Both the position numbers and the translations under genes were made by a program. Positions 21,181-32,263 of a stretch of DNA of 64,000 nucleotides are shown here, one piece after another. Below the pieces are notes generated by a model. That model had not been told where the DNA came from. It saw only the letters and a list, made by a program, of their open reading frames with translations, and ran no database searches. The DNA is taken from the NCBI RefSeq assembly GCF_003018235.1, contig NZ_CP027437.1; one strand, written 5' to 3'. This stretch comes from Escherichia coli (GTDB lineage Bacteria; Pseudomonadota; Gammaproteobacteria; Enterobacterales; Enterobacteriaceae). Numbering within the stretch: position 1 is the first letter of the stretch; each line of letters starts with the position of its first letter.

Positions 21181-21924
21181 ATGACCACACCAAATCCACT
21201 GGCAAAGACGAAAGGTGCGGGGACGACGTTCTGGATGTATACCGGCAACGGCGATGCGTTTGCGAACCCTTTGTCGGACACTGACTGGCTGCGTCTTGCG
21301 ATGGTGAAGGATCTGCAACCTGGCGAAATGACCGCTGATGCAGAAGATGACACTTATCTCGATGATGAAGATGCAGACTGGAAAACGACAACCCAGGGGC
21401 AGAAATCCGTTGGTGATACTTCGGCGACGCTGGCCTGGCGTCCGGGTGACAGCGGGCAGAAAAAACTGGTTCAGTTGTTCGACTCCGGTGAAGTCTGCGC
21501 GTTTCGTATCAAATATCCCAACGGCACTGTTGATGTTTTCCGTGCCTGGCTGAGCTCACTGGGTAAAACCATTGCCTCAAAAGACGTGATGACCCGCACT
21601 GTGAAAATCAGCGGTGTGGGGCGTCCGTATCTGGCAGAGGAAGGCACTGAAACCGTGAGCGTTACCGGGCTGACAGTATCACCGGCGTCTGCCAGTGTAA
21701 AAGTGGGAGCAACCACCACGCTGACCTTTACAGTAAAACCTGACGGAGCCAGTGACAAAGCGATCAGTGTGCATTCGTCAGATCCACAGACTGCCACGGT
21801 TACCCTGAACGGACTTGTGGCCACGGTAAAAGGCGTGAAGCAGGGCAGTGTCAGCATTGTGGGCATGACCGCTGACGGGAATTTTGTGGCTGTGACTGCG
21901 GTGACTGTCAGCGCAGCAGGTTAA
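21181..21924 (+). CDS. Major tail protein V with C-terminal Ig-like (Big_2) domain
   Basis: 247 aa with SD aaggagg; C-terminal VTGLTVSPASASVKVGATTTLTFTVKP... is Ig-like. Confidence 0.85.
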   Translation: MTTPNPLAKTKGAGTTFWMYTGNGDAFANPLSDTDWLRLAMVKDLQPGEMTADAEDDTYLDDEDADWKTTTQGQKSVGDTSATLAWRPGDSGQKKLVQLFDSGEVCAFRIKYPNGTVDVFRAWLSSLGKTIASKDVMTRTVKISGVGRPYLAEEGTETVSVTGLTVSPASASVKVGATTTLTFTVKPDGASDKAISVHSSDPQTATVTLNGLVATVKGVKQGSVSIVGMTADGNFVAVTAVTVSAAG

Positions 21925-21944
21925 CAGGACGATACTCATCATTT

Positions 21945-21968
21945 GCCCCGGTTATGCGGGGCTTTTTT
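21945..21968 (+). terminator. Intrinsic terminator/attenuator between V and G
   Basis: Hairpin gccccg-gttat-gcgggg followed by tttttt. Confidence 0.6.
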
Positions 21969-21984
21969 GCAGGTGGAGAACATG

Positions 21985-22371
21985 ATGTTTCTGAAACAGG
22001 ACACGTTTAATTATGAAAAACAGTCCGTGGTGCTCAGTGAGCTGTCCGGGCTGCAGAGAATTGAATATCTGACGTTTGTTCAGCAGCGAACGGCAAAGTT
22101 TGATGCCGGGGAGGGAGAACTGCCGGAGGCTGAACGACAGATTGCTTTTCTGCGGATGGGGATGGATATCAATGCCTGGCTGGTTTCCCGCTCACTGTGG
22201 AATGCGGATCAGTCTAAGGATGTAGAGACGCTTTGCGCATCCGTTATTACAACATGGTCGTATGATGCCCTGGGTGCGGGGGCGGAGATGGTTCTGTCGC
22301 TGAGCGGTATGGGGGCCATTGATAATGCCGTGGATGATGAGCATGAGGCGCTGACGCCGGAAAAGTCCTGA
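21985..22371 (+). CDS. Tail assembly chaperone G
   Basis: MFLKQDTFNYEKQSVVLSELSGLQRIEYL... resembles lambda G (MFLKTESFEHNGVTVTLSELSALQRIEHL). Confidence 0.85.
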   Translation: MFLKQDTFNYEKQSVVLSELSGLQRIEYLTFVQQRTAKFDAGEGELPEAERQIAFLRMGMDINAWLVSRSLWNADQSKDVETLCASVITTWSYDALGAGAEMVLSLSGMGAIDNAVDDEHEALTPEKS

Positions 22372-22709
22372 CGCGGGAAATGCAGTTTGTCATGCGGCTT
22401 GCCCGGGAGTTCCGGCGGGCAGACTGGCGGCGGATGCTGTCGGAAATGTCGGCCACTGAGCTTGGTGAGTGGGGCGATTATTTCCGGATGCAGAGCTTCA
22501 GTGATGTGTGGATGGATGCGCAGTTTGCCTCGCTGAAGGCATTGATCGTGATAATGGTGTCCGGCAGCAGTGATGCTGCGGTGGCTGATTTCAGCCTTTT
22601 ACCGGAAGAGAACGGGATACCGGAGCGAACGGACGAAGAACTGATGCATCTTGGGGAAGGTATTTCCGGAGGTGTGCGTTATGGAGCAGATAGCCAACCT
22701 GGTCATTGA
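21985..22709 (+). CDS. Tail assembly chaperone G-T, made by a -1 programmed frameshift near the end of G
   Basis: The T frame (22347-22709) is -1 relative to G and overlaps the last 8 codons of G; candidate slip site ggaaaag at 22359-22365. Confidence 0.6.
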
Positions 22710-25700
22710 TTTGGGGATTGATGCGGCAGAGTTTAAAAATGAAATTCCCCGTATCAAAAACCTTCTGAATGGTGCAGCCAGCGATGCAGAACGGTCTTCT
22801 GCCCGTATGCAGCGTTTTATGGAGCGTCAGACTCAGGCCGCCCGGCAGACAACGCAGGCAGCTTCTTCGGCTGCAACAGCCGCATCCGTCCATGCGCAGA
22901 CGGTGGAGAAGAACGCACAGGCTCATGAACGCATGGCCCGCGAGGTGGAGAAAACCCGCCAGCGCATGGAGGCACTGAGCCAGAAAATGCGCGAGGAACA
23001 GGCGCAGGCCATGGCTCTGGCGGAGGCTCAGGATAAAGCGGCTGCTGCGTTTTATCGTCAGATTGACAGTGTGAAACAGGCCAGTGCGGGGCTGCAGGAA
23101 TTACAGCGTATTCAGCAGCAGATCCGACAGGCCAGAAACAGTGGCGGGATTGGTCAGCAGGATTATCTGGCGCTGATTTCTGAGGTTACTGCGAAAACCC
23201 GTGTTCTTACACAGGCTGAGGAAGAGGCTACCCGACAGAAAGTGGCGTTTATCCGTCAGCTTAAAGAGCAGGCAACCCGCCTGAATCTTTCATCTTCTGA
23301 GTTGCTTCGTGCTAAGGCAGCCCAGCTGGGGGTAAGCAGTGCTGCAGAAGTGTATATCCGCAAAATGGAGCATGCAGGAAAAGCCACGCATTCGCTGGGT
23401 CTGAAAAGTGCATCAGCCCGCCAGGAGATAGGCGTTCTGATAGGTGAACTGGCCCGCGGCAATTTAGGGGCGCTGAGGGGATCCGGGATAACGCTGGCTA
23501 ACCGTGCCGGATGGATAGACACACTGATGTCACCGAAAGGCATGATGCTTGGCGGGGTTATTGGCGGTATTGCCGCGGCCGTCTATGGTCTGGGTAAAGC
23601 CTGGTATGACGGTCAGAAGGAGGGGGAAGAATTTAACCGCCAGTTGTCGCTGACGGGGCATTATGCCGGAGTCACTGCCGGGCAGCTGTGGACGCTCAGT
23701 CGTGCTATTTCCGGGAATGGTATCACGCAACATGCTGCAGCCGGTGCGCTGGCTCAGGTGGTGGGGAGTGGTGCATTTCGTGGAAACGATATCGGTATGG
23801 TGGCGAGAGCTGCCGCACAGATGGAGCGATCGGTTGGCCAGTCGGTCAGCGATACCATAAATCAGTTTAAGCGGCTGAAGGATGATCCTGTAAATGCCGC
23901 GAAGGCTCTGGACAATGAGCTGCATTTTCTTACTGCCACTCAGCTTGAGCAGATACGCGTCCTTGGGGAGCAGGGGCGGTCCAGTGATGCTGCACGGATA
24001 GCCATGTCTGCACTGGCAGAGGAAACCGGTCGGCGTACTGCGGATATTGATAATAACCTCAATGCGCTTGGCAGTACGCTGAAGTATCTGTCTGATTTGT
24101 GGAGTCGTTTCTGGGATGCGGCCATGAATATTGGTCGTGAAGACTCGCTGGATGAACAGATTGCCGCTTTACAGGAGAAAGTGTCGCGGGCGAAAAGACT
24201 CCCCTGGACGGCATCATCTTCTCAGGTTGAATACGATCAGCAGCGTCTTAACGATCTTCAGGAGAAAAAACGCCAGAAGGATTTGCAGGATGCAAAAGAG
24301 CAGGCAGAGCGGAATTATCAGGAGCAACAGAAACGCCGTAATGCTGAAAATGCTGCACTGAACCGGATGAATGAAACGGAAGCAGCACGACATCAGCGTG
24401 AAATTGCGCGTATTAATGCCATGCAGTACGCCGATCAGGCTGTCAGGGATGCGGCGATACAACGTGAAAATGAACGTTACGAGAAAGCCCTGGCATCCGG
24501 TAAGAAAAAAACACGCGAAACCCGTAATGATGAGGCCACCCGGTTATTGCTGCAGTACAGTCAGCAACAGGCACAGGTGGAAGGACAGATTGCTGCTGCC
24601 AGACAGTCAGTAGGCATTGCCACGGAAAGGATGACAGAAGCGCATAAACAGCTTCTGGCTCTGCAGCAGCGCATCAGCGACCTAGACGGGAAAAAACTTA
24701 CGGCAGATGAAAAGAGTGTGCTGGCCCGTAAAGATGAACTGATTCAGGCACTGACGCTGCTGGATGTAAAACAGCAGGAGCTTCAGAAACAGACGGCACT
24801 CAACGAGCTGAAGAAAAAAACAATTCAGCTGACCAGTCAACTGGCTGAAGAAGAGCGCGCTCAGCGTCAGCAACATGACCTGGATATCGCCACGGTGGGT
24901 ATGGGTGATCAGCAGCGACAGCGATATCAGGTACAACTGAGTCTTCGCCAGAAATACCAGCAACAGCTGGAGCAGTTGAGGCGGGATAGTGAGCAGAAAG
25001 GGACATATAACACGGATGACTACAGAAAGGCCGAGCAGGCGCTGACGGAGAGCCTGAACCGACAACTGAATGAGAATCGCCGTTACTGGCAACAGCTTGA
25101 AGTTGTGCAGGGTAACTGGAAAAACGGAGTCCTGCGTGCATTTCAGGATTTTACCGTGGATGCAGATAATACGGCAGAAACAGCAGAACAGGTGTTCTCG
25201 TCAGCCTTCAGCAACATGGGAAATGGCCTGGCAACTTTTGTCACTACCGGCAAACTCAATTTCAAATCCTTCACCTCTTCTGTGCTGTCAGATATGGCGA
25301 AAATCCTGGCGCAGGCAACCATGATGAAATCGATAAAAGGGATTGGCAGTGTACTGGGATTTGATCTCAGCAGCCTTTCCCTGAATGCCAATGGGGGGAT
25401 TTATCAGTCTGCTGATTTGAGTCGTTACAGTGGCACGGTGGTTAACCGTCCGACGTTTTTTGCTTTTGCAAAAGGCGCGGGTGTGATGGGGGAAGCGGGA
25501 CCTGAAGCCATTCTGCCATTGCGTCGTGGTGCTGACGGTAAGCTGGGGGTTGTGGCGGATATTGGGGGTTCAGGTATGGCGATGTTTTCCCCGCAGTACA
25601 ACATCGAGATCAATAACGATGGCACGAACGGGCAGATAGGTCCGGCTGCCCTGAAGGCGGTTTATGACCTCGGGAAAAAAGCGGCAGCGGACTTTATGCA

Positions 25701-25746
25701 ACAGCAGGCCCGTGATGGTGGTCGGTTAAGTGGAGCATATCGGTAA
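22681..25746 (+). CDS. Tail tape measure protein (gpH-like), 1021 aa
   Basis: Long coiled-coil-rich ORF; SD ggagg 8 nt upstream; start overlaps the end of T. Confidence 0.9.
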   Translation: MEQIANLVIDLGIDAAEFKNEIPRIKNLLNGAASDAERSSARMQRFMERQTQAARQTTQAASSAATAASVHAQTVEKNAQAHERMAREVEKTRQRMEALSQKMREEQAQAMALAEAQDKAAAAFYRQIDSVKQASAGLQELQRIQQQIRQARNSGGIGQQDYLALISEVTAKTRVLTQAEEEATRQKVAFIRQLKEQATRLNLSSSELLRAKAAQLGVSSAAEVYIRKMEHAGKATHSLGLKSASARQEIGVLIGELARGNLGALRGSGITLANRAGWIDTLMSPKGMMLGGVIGGIAAAVYGLGKAWYDGQKEGEEFNRQLSLTGHYAGVTAGQLWTLSRAISGNGITQHAAAGALAQVVGSGAFRGNDIGMVARAAAQMERSVGQSVSDTINQFKRLKDDPVNAAKALDNELHFLTATQLEQIRVLGEQGRSSDAARIAMSALAEETGRRTADIDNNLNALGSTLKYLSDLWSRFWDAAMNIGREDSLDEQIAALQEKVSRAKRLPWTASSSQVEYDQQRLNDLQEKKRQKDLQDAKEQAERNYQEQQKRRNAENAALNRMNETEAARHQREIARINAMQYADQAVRDAAIQRENERYEKALASGKKKTRETRNDEATRLLLQYSQQQAQVEGQIAAARQSVGIATERMTEAHKQLLALQQRISDLDGKKLTADEKSVLARKDELIQALTLLDVKQQELQKQTALNELKKKTIQLTSQLAEEERAQRQQHDLDIATVGMGDQQRQRYQVQLSLRQKYQQQLEQLRRDSEQKGTYNTDDYRKAEQALTESLNRQLNENRRYWQQLEVVQGNWKNGVLRAFQDFTVDADNTAETAEQVFSSAFSNMGNGLATFVTTGKLNFKSFTSSVLSDMAKILAQATMMKSIKGIGSVLGFDLSSLSLNANGGIYQSADLSRYSGTVVNRPTFFAFAKGAGVMGEAGPEAILPLRRGADGKLGVVADIGGSGMAMFSPQYNIEINNDGTNGQIGPAALKAVYDLGKKAAADFMQQQARDGGRLSGAYR

Positions 25747-26075
25747 TGGAGACGTTTCACTGGAAAGTGCGCCCGGATATGAATGTGGTATCAGAGCCGA
25801 AAGTGGTGACAGTGAAGCTGGGCGATGGTTATGAACAGCGTCGTGCGGCGGGACTGAATAACCAGTTGTCGACTTACAGCGTGACGATACGTGTTCGTAA
25901 ATGTGAACACCCATCTTTAAAAGCCTTTCTGGAACGGCACGGTGGCGTCCGTGCATTTCAGTGGACGCCACCTTATGACTGGAAACCGATCAGGGTGGTT
26001 TGTCGTAAATGGTCGGCAAGCGTGGGGGCGCTGTGGGTAACCATAACGGCAGATTTTGAACAGGTCGTGGCATAG
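25746..26075 (+). CDS. Minor tail protein M
   Basis: 109 aa, size and sequence match lambda gpM. Confidence 0.9.
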   Translation: METFHWKVRPDMNVVSEPKVVTVKLGDGYEQRRAAGLNNQLSTYSVTIRVRKCEHPSLKAFLERHGGVRAFQWTPPYDWKPIRVVCRKWSASVGALWVTITADFEQVVA

Positions 26076-26084
26076 GAGGCTCTG

Positions 26085-26783
26085 ATGCAGGATATTCCAC
26101 AGGAAACACATCATGAGACGACACGCCTCACTCAGTCAGCCCAGGTGGTGCTATGGGAAATCGATCTGGCAGAGGTCGGTGGTGAACGTTATTTTTTCTG
26201 TAATGAGCAGAACGAAAAAGGTGAGCCGGTTATCTGGCAGGGGCGGCAGTATCAGGTATACCCCATTCAGGGGACGGGATTTGAACTGAACGGCAAGGGC
26301 AGTGCTGCCCGTCCGACACTGACGGTTTCTAACCTGCACGGCATGGTCACCGGGATGGCGGAAGACCTGCAGAGTCTGGTCGGAGGAACGGTGGTCCGGC
26401 GTAAGGTTTACGCCCGTTTTCTGGATGCGGTGAACTTCGTCAACGGAAACAGTGACGCCGATCCGGAGCAGGAGGTGATCAGCCGCTGGCGCATCGAGCA
26501 GTGCAGCGAACTGAGCGCGGTGAGTGCCTCTTTTGTACTGTCCACGCCGACGGAAACGGACGGTGCCGTTTTTCCGGGACGTATCATGCTGGCCAACACC
26601 TGCACCTGGACCTATCGCGGTGATGAGTGCGGTTATCACGGTCCGGCGGTCGCGGATGAATATGATCAGCCGACGTCCGATATCACGAAGGATAAATGCA
26701 GCAAATGCCTGAGCGGCTGTAAGTTTCGCAATAACGTCGGCAACTTTGGCGGCTTCCTTTCCATTAACAAACTTTCGCAGTGA
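26085..26783 (+). CDS. Minor tail protein L
   Basis: 232 aa with C-terminal Cys cluster as in lambda gpL. Confidence 0.9.
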   Translation: MQDIPQETHHETTRLTQSAQVVLWEIDLAEVGGERYFFCNEQNEKGEPVIWQGRQYQVYPIQGTGFELNGKGSAARPTLTVSNLHGMVTGMAEDLQSLVGGTVVRRKVYARFLDAVNFVNGNSDADPEQEVISRWRIEQCSELSAVSASFVLSTPTETDGAVFPGRIMLANTCTWTYRGDECGYHGPAVADEYDQPTSDITKDKCSKCLSGCKFRNNVGNFGGFLSINKLSQ

Positions 26784-27532
26784 ATCCCATGACAGAGACA
26801 GAATCAGCGATTCTGGCGCACGCCCGGCGATGTGCGCCAGCGGAGTCGTGCGGCTTCGTGGTGAGAACACCGGAGGGGGAAAAATATTTTCCCTGCGTGA
26901 ATATCTCCGGTGAGCCGGAGGAGTATTTCCGGATGTCGCCGGAGGACTGGCTGCGGGCAGAGATGCAGGGTGAGATTGTGGCGCTGGTCCACAGCCACCC
27001 CGGTGGTCTGCCCTGGCTGAGTGAGACCGACCGGCGGCTGCAGGTGCAGAGTGATTTGCCGTGGTGGCTGGTTTGCCGGGGGGCGATTCACAAGTTCCGC
27101 TGTGTGCCACATCTTTCCGGGCGGCGCTTTGAGCACGGGGTGACGGACTGTTACACGCTGTTCCGGGATGCTTACCATCTGGCGGGGATTGAGATGCCGG
27201 ATTTTCATCGCGAGGATGACTGGTGGCGTAACGGTCAGAATCTCTATCTGGATAATCTGGAGGCCACAGGGCTGTATCAGGTGCCGTTGTCAGCGGCGCA
27301 GCCGGGCGATGTGCTGCTGTGCTGTTTTGGTTCATCGGTGCCGAATCATGCCGCCATTTACTGTGGTGACAGCGAGCTGCTGCACCATATTCCTGAACAA
27401 CTGAGCAAACGAGAGAGGTACACCGACAAATGGCAGCGACGCACACACTCCCTCTGGCGTCACCGGGCATGGCACGCATCTGCCTTTACGGGGATTTACA
27501 ACGATTTGGCCGCCGCATCGACCTTCGAGTGA
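26780..27532 (+). CDS. Tail tip protein K (JAB/MPN plus NlpC/P60 domains)
   Basis: HSHPGG metalloprotease-like motif and C-terminal Cys/His hydrolase region. Confidence 0.85.
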   Translation: MNPMTETESAILAHARRCAPAESCGFVVRTPEGEKYFPCVNISGEPEEYFRMSPEDWLRAEMQGEIVALVHSHPGGLPWLSETDRRLQVQSDLPWWLVCRGAIHKFRCVPHLSGRRFEHGVTDCYTLFRDAYHLAGIEMPDFHREDDWWRNGQNLYLDNLEATGLYQVPLSAAQPGDVLLCCFGSSVPNHAAIYCGDSELLHHIPEQLSKRERYTDKWQRRTHSLWRHRAWHASAFTGIYNDLAAASTFE

Positions 27533-28077
27533 AAACGGGGTCCGAAGCCATCCGGGCGCTGGCCATGCAGATCCCGGCGTTTCGTCAGAAACTGAGCGAC
27601 GGCTGGTACCAGGTACGCATTGCCGGGCGTGATGCAGGTGAAACCGAATTGTCTGCCCGTCTTAATGAGCCGCTGGCAAATGGTGCCGTGATCCACATCG
27701 TGCCGCGTCTGGCGGGAGCTAAAAGTGGCGGTGTGTTTCAGGTGGTGCTGGGGGCGGCGCTGATTGCGGTGGCATGGTGGAACCCTGTGGGCTGGCTGGG
27801 TGCCGCGGCTGTATCGGGCATGTATGCGGCAGGGGCCAGTATGATCCTGGGCGGAGTGGCGCAGATGCTGGCACCGAAAGCCAGGACGCCCACGGCAGCA
27901 AGTACAGATAACGGCAAACAGAACACCTATTTCTCCTCACTGGATAACATGGTTGCCCAGGGCAATGTTCTGCCCGTTCTGTACGGTGAAATGCGCGTGG
28001 GGTCGCGGGTGGTCTCTCAGGAGATCAGCACGGCAGACGAAGGGGATGGTGGTCAGGTTGTGGTGATTGGTCGCTGA
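27430..28077 (+). CDS. Tail assembly protein I
   Basis: N-terminus MAATHTLPLASPGMARICLYGDLQRFGRRIDLRV matches lambda gpI; overlaps K. Confidence 0.9.
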   Translation: MAATHTLPLASPGMARICLYGDLQRFGRRIDLRVKTGSEAIRALAMQIPAFRQKLSDGWYQVRIAGRDAGETELSARLNEPLANGAVIHIVPRLAGAKSGGVFQVVLGAALIAVAWWNPVGWLGAAAVSGMYAAGASMILGGVAQMLAPKARTPTAASTDNGKQNTYFSSLDNMVAQGNVLPVLYGEMRVGSRVVSQEISTADEGDGGQVVVIGR

Positions 28078-28137
28078 TGAAAAACGTTTTATGTGAAACC
28101 GCCTCCGGGCGGTTTTGTCGTTTATGGAGCGTGAGGA

Positions 28138-31100
28138 ATGGGTAAAGGCAGCAGTAAGGGGCATACTCCGCGCGAAGCGAAGGACAACCTGAAGTCCACG
28201 CAGTTGCTGAGTGTGATCGATGCCATCAGCGAAGGGCCGGTTGAAGGTCCGGTGGACGGATTAAAAAGCGTGCTGCTGAACAGTACGCCAGTGCTGGACA
28301 CTGAGGGGAATACCAACATCTCCGGCGTCACGGTGGTGTTCCGGGCCGGTGAGCAGGAGCAGACTCCGCCGGAGGGGTTTGAATCCTCCGGTTCCGAGAC
28401 GGTGCTGGGTACGGAAGTGAAATATGACACGCCGATCACCCGCACCATCACGTCGGCAAACATCGACCGTCTGCGCTTTACCTTCGGTGTGCAGGCACTG
28501 GTGGAAACCACCTCAAAGGGGGACAGGAATCCATCGGAAGTCCGCCTGCTGGTTCAGATACAGCGTAACGGTGGCTGGGTGACGGAAAAAGACATCACCA
28601 TTAAGGGCAAAACCACCTCGCAGTATCTGGCCTCGGTGGTGGTGGATAACCTGCCGCCGCGCCCGTTTAATATCCGGATGCGCAGGATGACGCCGGACAG
28701 CACCACAGACCAGCTGCAGAACAAAACGCTCTGGTCGTCATACACCGAAATTATCGATGTGAAACAGTGCTACCCGAACACGGCACTGGTCGGCGTGCAG
28801 GTGGACTCGGAGCAGTTCGGCAGCCAGCAGGTGAGCCGTAATTATCATCTGCGCGGGCGTATTCTGCAGGTGCCGTCGAACTATAACCCGCAGACGCGGC
28901 AATACAGCGGTATCTGGGACGGAACGTTTAAACCGGCATACAGCAACAACATGGCCTGGTGTCTGTGGGATATGCTGACCCACCCGCGCTACGGCATGGG
29001 GAAACGTCTTGGTGCGGCGGATGTGGATAAATGGGCGCTGTATGTCATCGGCCAGAATTGCGACCAGTCGGTGCCGGACGGCTTTGGCGGCACGGAGCCG
29101 CGCATCACCTGTAATGCCTGGCTGACCACACAGCGCAAGGCGTGGGATGTGCTCAGTGATTTCTGCTCGGCGATGCGCTGTATGCCGGTATGGAACGGGC
29201 AGACGCTGACGTTCGTGCAGGACCGGCCATCGGATAAGGTGTGGACCTATAACCGCAGTAATGTGGTGATGCCGGATGATGGCGCGCCGTTCCGCTACAG
29301 CTTCAGCGCCCTGAAGGACCGCCATAATGCCGTTGAGGTGAACTGGATTGACCCGAACAACGGCTGGGAGACGGCGACAGAGCTTGTTGAAGATACGCAG
29401 GCCATTGCCCGTTACGGTCGTAATGTCACGAAGATGGATGCCTTTGGTTGTACCAGTCGGGGGCAGGCACACCGCGCCGGGCTGTGGCTGATTAAAACGG
29501 AGCTGCTGGAGACGCAGACCGTGGACTTCAGCGTGGGCGCAGAAGGGCTTCGCCATGTACCGGGCGATGTCATTGAAATCTGCGATGATGACTATGCGGG
29601 GATCAGCATCGGCGGGCGCGTGCTGGCGGTGAACAGCCAGACCCGGACGCTGACGCTCGACCGTGAAATCACGCTGCCATCCTCCGGTACCACGCTGATA
29701 AGCCTGGTTGACGGAAGTGGCAATCCGGTCAGCGTGGAGGTCCAGTCCGTCACCGACGGCGTGAAGGTGAAAGTGAGCCGTGTTCCTGACGGCGTTGCAG
29801 AATACAGCGTGTGGGGGCTGAAGTTGCCGACGTTGCGCCAGCGCCTGTTCCGCTGTGTGAGTATCCGTGAGAACGATGACGGCACGTATGCCATCACTGC
29901 CGTGCAGCATGTACCGGAAAAAGAGGCCATCGTGGATAACGGGGCGCACTTTGACGGCGACCAGAGCGGCACGGTGAATGGTGTCACGCCGCCAGCGGTG
30001 CAGCACCTGACCGCCGAAGTCACCGCAGACAGCGGGGAATATCAGGTGCTGGCGCGCTGGGACACGCCGAAGGTGGTGAAGGGCGTGAGCTTCCTGCTCC
30101 GTCTGACCGTAACAGCGGATGACGGCAGTGAGCGGCTGGTCAGCACGGCCCTGACGACGGAAACCACATACCGCTTCAGGCAACTGGCGCTGGGGCGTTA
30201 CACGCTGACGGTCCGGGCGGTAAATGCGTGGGGACAGCAGGGCGATCCGGCATCGGTATCGTTCCGGATTGCCGCACCGGCTGCGCCGTCGCGGATTGAG
30301 CTGACGCCGGGCTATTTTCAGATAACCGCCACGCCGCATCTTGCGGTTTATGATCCGACGGTACAGTTTGAGTTCTGGTTCTCGGAAACGCGGATTACCG
30401 ATATCAGGCAGGTTGAAACCACAGCCCGCTACCTTGGCACGGGGCTGTACTGGATAGCCGCCAGTATCAATATCAAACCGGGCCATGATTATTACTTTTA
30501 TATCCGCAGTGTGAACATCGTTGGCAAATCGGCATTCGTGGAGTCCGTCGGTCGGGCGAGCGATGATGCGGAAGGTTACCTGGATTTTTTCAAAGGCAAG
30601 ATAACCGAATCCCATCTCGGCAAGGAGCTGCTGGAAAAAGTCGATCTGACGGAGGATAACGCCAGCAGACTGGATGAGTTTTCGAAAGAGTGGAAGGATG
30701 CCAACGATAAATGGAATGCCATGTGGGCTGTCAAAATTGAGCAGACCAAAGACGGCAAACATTATGTCGCGGGTATTGGCCTCAGTATGGAGGACACGGA
30801 GGAAGGCAAACTGAGCCAGTTTCTGGTTGCCGCTAACCGTATCGCGTTTATTGACCCGGCAAACGGGAATGAAACGCCGATGTTTGTGGCGCAGGGCAAT
30901 CAGATATTCATGAACGACGTGTTCCTGAAACGCCTGACGGCCCCCACCATTACCAGTGGTGGAAATCCACCGGCATTTTCCCTGACACCGGATGGGCGGC
31001 TGACGGCGAAAAATGCCGATATCAGCGGTAACGTGAATGCGAACTCCGGGACGCTCAACAACGTCACGATTAACGAGAACTGTCGGGTTCTGGGAAAACT

Positions 31101-31533
31101 GTCCGCGAACCAGATTGAAGGCGATCTCGTTAAAACAGTGGGCAAAGCTTTCCCCCGGGACTCCCGTGCACCGGAACGGTGGCCATCAGGGACCATTACC
31201 GTCAGGGTTTATGACGATCAGCCGTTTGACCGGCAGATTGTTATTCCGGCGGTGGCATTCAGCGGCGCTAAACATGAGAGAGAGCATACTGATATTTACT
31301 CCTCATGCCGTCTGATAGTGCGGAAAAACGGTGCTGAAATTTATAACCGTACCGCGCTGGATAATACGCTGATTTACAGTGGCGTTATTGATATGCCTGC
31401 CGGTCACGGTCACATGACGCTGGAGTTTTCGGTGTCAGCATGGCTGGTAAATGACTGGTATCCCACAGCAAGTATCAGCGATTTGCTGGTTGTGGTGATG
31501 AAGAAAGCCACCGCAGGCATCAGTATCAGCTGA
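28138..31533 (+). CDS. Host specificity protein J (central tail fibre), 1131 aa
   Basis: Size and position as lambda gpJ, following M-L-K-I. Confidence 0.95.
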   Translation: MGKGSSKGHTPREAKDNLKSTQLLSVIDAISEGPVEGPVDGLKSVLLNSTPVLDTEGNTNISGVTVVFRAGEQEQTPPEGFESSGSETVLGTEVKYDTPITRTITSANIDRLRFTFGVQALVETTSKGDRNPSEVRLLVQIQRNGGWVTEKDITIKGKTTSQYLASVVVDNLPPRPFNIRMRRMTPDSTTDQLQNKTLWSSYTEIIDVKQCYPNTALVGVQVDSEQFGSQQVSRNYHLRGRILQVPSNYNPQTRQYSGIWDGTFKPAYSNNMAWCLWDMLTHPRYGMGKRLGAADVDKWALYVIGQNCDQSVPDGFGGTEPRITCNAWLTTQRKAWDVLSDFCSAMRCMPVWNGQTLTFVQDRPSDKVWTYNRSNVVMPDDGAPFRYSFSALKDRHNAVEVNWIDPNNGWETATELVEDTQAIARYGRNVTKMDAFGCTSRGQAHRAGLWLIKTELLETQTVDFSVGAEGLRHVPGDVIEICDDDYAGISIGGRVLAVNSQTRTLTLDREITLPSSGTTLISLVDGSGNPVSVEVQSVTDGVKVKVSRVPDGVAEYSVWGLKLPTLRQRLFRCVSIRENDDGTYAITAVQHVPEKEAIVDNGAHFDGDQSGTVNGVTPPAVQHLTAEVTADSGEYQVLARWDTPKVVKGVSFLLRLTVTADDGSERLVSTALTTETTYRFRQLALGRYTLTVRAVNAWGQQGDPASVSFRIAAPAAPSRIELTPGYFQITATPHLAVYDPTVQFEFWFSETRITDIRQVETTARYLGTGLYWIAASINIKPGHDYYFYIRSVNIVGKSAFVESVGRASDDAEGYLDFFKGKITESHLGKELLEKVDLTEDNASRLDEFSKEWKDANDKWNAMWAVKIEQTKDGKHYVAGIGLSMEDTEEGKLSQFLVAANRIAFIDPANGNETPMFVAQGNQIFMNDVFLKRLTAPTITSGGNPPAFSLTPDGRLTAKNADISGNVNANSGTLNNVTINENCRVLGKLSANQIEGDLVKTVGKAFPRDSRAPERWPSGTITVRVYDDQPFDRQIVIPAVAFSGAKHEREHTDIYSSCRLIVRKNGAEIYNRTALDNTLIYSGVIDMPAGHGHMTLEFSVSAWLVNDWYPTASISDLLVVVMKKATAGISIS

Positions 31534-31599
31534 ATTTTATAACCCATATACGGGCACCAGAAATGGTGCTTTTTTTTTGCAGAAAAGCGAGAGGTAATT

Positions 31600-32199
31600 A
31601 TGCGTAAACTTTATGCCGCCATTTTGTCCGCAGCCATTTGTCTGGCCGTATCCGGTGCGCCTGCATGGGCATCTGAACATCAGTCCACGCTGAGCGCGGG
31701 GTATCTTCATGCCTCGACGAACGTTCCCGGCAGCGATGATCTTAACGGGATTAACGTGAAATACCGTTATGAGTTTACGGACACACTGGGGCTGGTGACG
31801 TCATTCAGCTATGCAGGAGACAAGAATCGCCAGCTTACCCGTTACAGCGATACCCGCTGGCATGAAGATTCCGTTCGTAACCGCTGGTTCAGCGTGATGG
31901 CGGGGCCGTCTGTGCGCGTGAATGAATGGTTCAGCGCGTATGCGATGGCGGGTGTGGCTTACAGCCGTGTGTCGACTTTCTCCGGGGATTATCTCCGCGT
32001 AACTGACAACAAGGGGAAAACGCACGACGTGCTGACCGGAAGTGATGACGGTCGCCACAGCAACACGTCTCTGGCGTGGGGAGCTGGCGTGCAGTTTAAC
32101 CCGACCGAATCCGTGGCCATTGATATTGCTTATGAAGGCTCCGGCAGTGGCGACTGGCGCACTGACGGTTTCATCGTGGGTGTCGGTTATAAATTCTGA
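31600..32199 (+). CDS. lom: Lom-like outer membrane protein (Ail/Lom family)
   Basis: Signal peptide, beta-barrel alternation and C-terminal GVGYKF. Confidence 0.9.
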   Translation: MRKLYAAILSAAICLAVSGAPAWASEHQSTLSAGYLHASTNVPGSDDLNGINVKYRYEFTDTLGLVTSFSYAGDKNRQLTRYSDTRWHEDSVRNRWFSVMAGPSVRVNEWFSAYAMAGVAYSRVSTFSGDYLRVTDNKGKTHDVLTGSDDGRHSNTSLAWGAGVQFNPTESVAIDIAYEGSGSGDWRTDGFIVGVGYKF

Positions 32200-32226
32200 T
32201 TAGCCAGGTAACACAGTGTTATGACA

Positions 32227-32252
32227 GCCCGCCGGTTCAGGCGGGCTTTTTT
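32227..32252 (+). terminator. Rho-independent terminator after lom
   Basis: Hairpin gcccgcc-ggttca-ggcgggc followed by tttttt. Confidence 0.75.
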
Positions 32253-32263
32253 GTGGGGTGAAT

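Noticed and set aside
24682-25141. - strand ORFs (136 and 113 aa) inside the tape measure gene
   Set aside because: Antisense to the coiled-coil-rich tape measure gene; hydrophobic low-complexity translations typical of the reverse frame of Gln/Ala/Glu-rich coding DNA.
26151-27479. 442-aa - strand ORF antisense to the L/K/I tail genes
   Set aside because: Antisense to three conserved lambda-like tail genes; Pro/Arg/Ala-rich low-complexity translation.
28738-30762. 674-aa ORF on the - strand inside the J gene
   Set aside because: Fully antisense to the well-supported, lambda-like host specificity gene J; Arg/Pro/His-rich composition typical of a GC-rich antisense frame; no SD or start context.
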